Positions 63,446 to 64,000 of a stretch of 64,000 nt of DNA are shown here, in pieces (the first letter of the stretch is position 1; each line of letters begins with the position of its first letter). The translations under genes and the position numbers were made by a program. The notes beneath the pieces were generated by a model that saw nothing but the letters and a program-made list of their open reading frames with translations, had not been told where the DNA came from and made no database searches. The DNA comes from Andalucia godoyi And28 (taxonomy: Eukaryota > Protista > Jakobida), in contig VRVR01000001.1 in assembly GCA_009859145.1 (NCBI GenBank), positions 78,463 to 142,462 on the forward strand. Direction: 5' to 3'.

Positions 63446-63900
63446 GGCCAACATAGCACACTGCGTATGCATGGCCATCGCTAGTCATGCCGTAATCAAA
63501 TGTTGCAACCCGGGCCATGTCGCCATGGACTGGACGGGGGTAGGCTCCAACGCGCCTTGCCGGGGTTCTCAAGATAGATGTTGTTGCGCGCACCCAATCC
63601 CCAATCGCGATCAATCCAGCACGCACATTGTGGACATGCAAGCACCCTCCAATGCGGCGTTCCTTCCCTTCTGCCGGCTCCCCCCGCACCATACGAGACG
63701 TGCCGAATTTCGGAAGAACGATGGTGTCTTACTCCTCACACAGCCATTTTGCAAGCCTGCGGATCTGCTGACGTATCCGCAATCACGCGCCGCTTGTCGA
63801 GTGGGACTTGGTTCTCGTCCTGCACGACGCGAGGCTGTGGAGTGGACACGCCCCTGTGGTGGCCCAGCGTCAGAGAGATTGCGGCGGAAATGTGATTCGT
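63446..63900 (-). mobile_element. Internally deleted Fanzor2 element, family C copy 2, with intact-looking 3' end
   Basis: The minus strand reads QDENQVPLDKRRVIA / LRIRQQIR / LAKWLCEE*DTIVLPKFGTSRMVRGEPAEGKERRIG / VLACPQCACWIDRDW..GARNNIYLEN, then gttggagcctacccc, hairpin ccatg-gcga-catgg and terminus cagtgtgctatgttgg. Confidence 0.88.
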
Positions 63901-64000
63901 CTTGCGTAGCTTGGCAGGTGGTCACTTACATTGGCATCGCGTGGTAAAAACAAAAAAACACCCACAAAACAAAGGAGGTTGCTGCTTTTAAATAGTGTCT

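Noticed and set aside
8270-63900. An intact Fanzor or TnpA gene
   Set aside because: Every copy has large deletions, frameshifts or stops, and no full RuvC D-E-D set occurs in one frame.
1-64000. CRISPR array, rRNA, tRNA or an alternative genetic code
   Set aside because: There are no regularly spaced repeat-spacer units and I recognised no rRNA or tRNA. Conserved genes translate cleanly and end in TAA, TAG or TGA.

Overview
Gene-dense eukaryotic DNA from a flagellated protist. It has AT-rich spacers, short GTATGT/GTATGC...AG introns, the standard genetic code and many microsatellites; the organism cannot be fixed from sequence alone. About 24 protein genes are recognisable. These include the 5' part of axonemal dynein DNAH10, CYP51, ITPK1, DTD1, TFIIA large subunit, SMCR8-like, an SSXT protein, CFAP61, TPGS2, Nup54-like, a soluble-type adenylate cyclase, a multi-TM class 3 lipase, a KynB-type cyclase, delta-tubulin, CtIP-like, an RRM protein, two PH proteins, ZFAND2-like and an ATM1/ABCB-like transporter. 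The main signal missed by the ORF track lies in the intergenic spacers. They hold at least eight internally deleted copies (four pairs, here A-D) of an IS607-type element encoding a Fanzor2/TnpB RNA-guided nuclease. Read across frameshifts, the copies give HTH, WED, RuvC-I, bridge helix, RuvC-II-proximal, zinc finger and RuvC-III motifs in the correct order, and family A also keeps serine-recombinase (TnpA) remnants. Sister copies share the same inactivating lesions, so they appear to have spread after losing the protein. Their best-conserved part is the non-coding 3' end, where the omegaRNA should lie. No intact Fanzor ORF is present. All alignments were done by eye and need computational confirmation.
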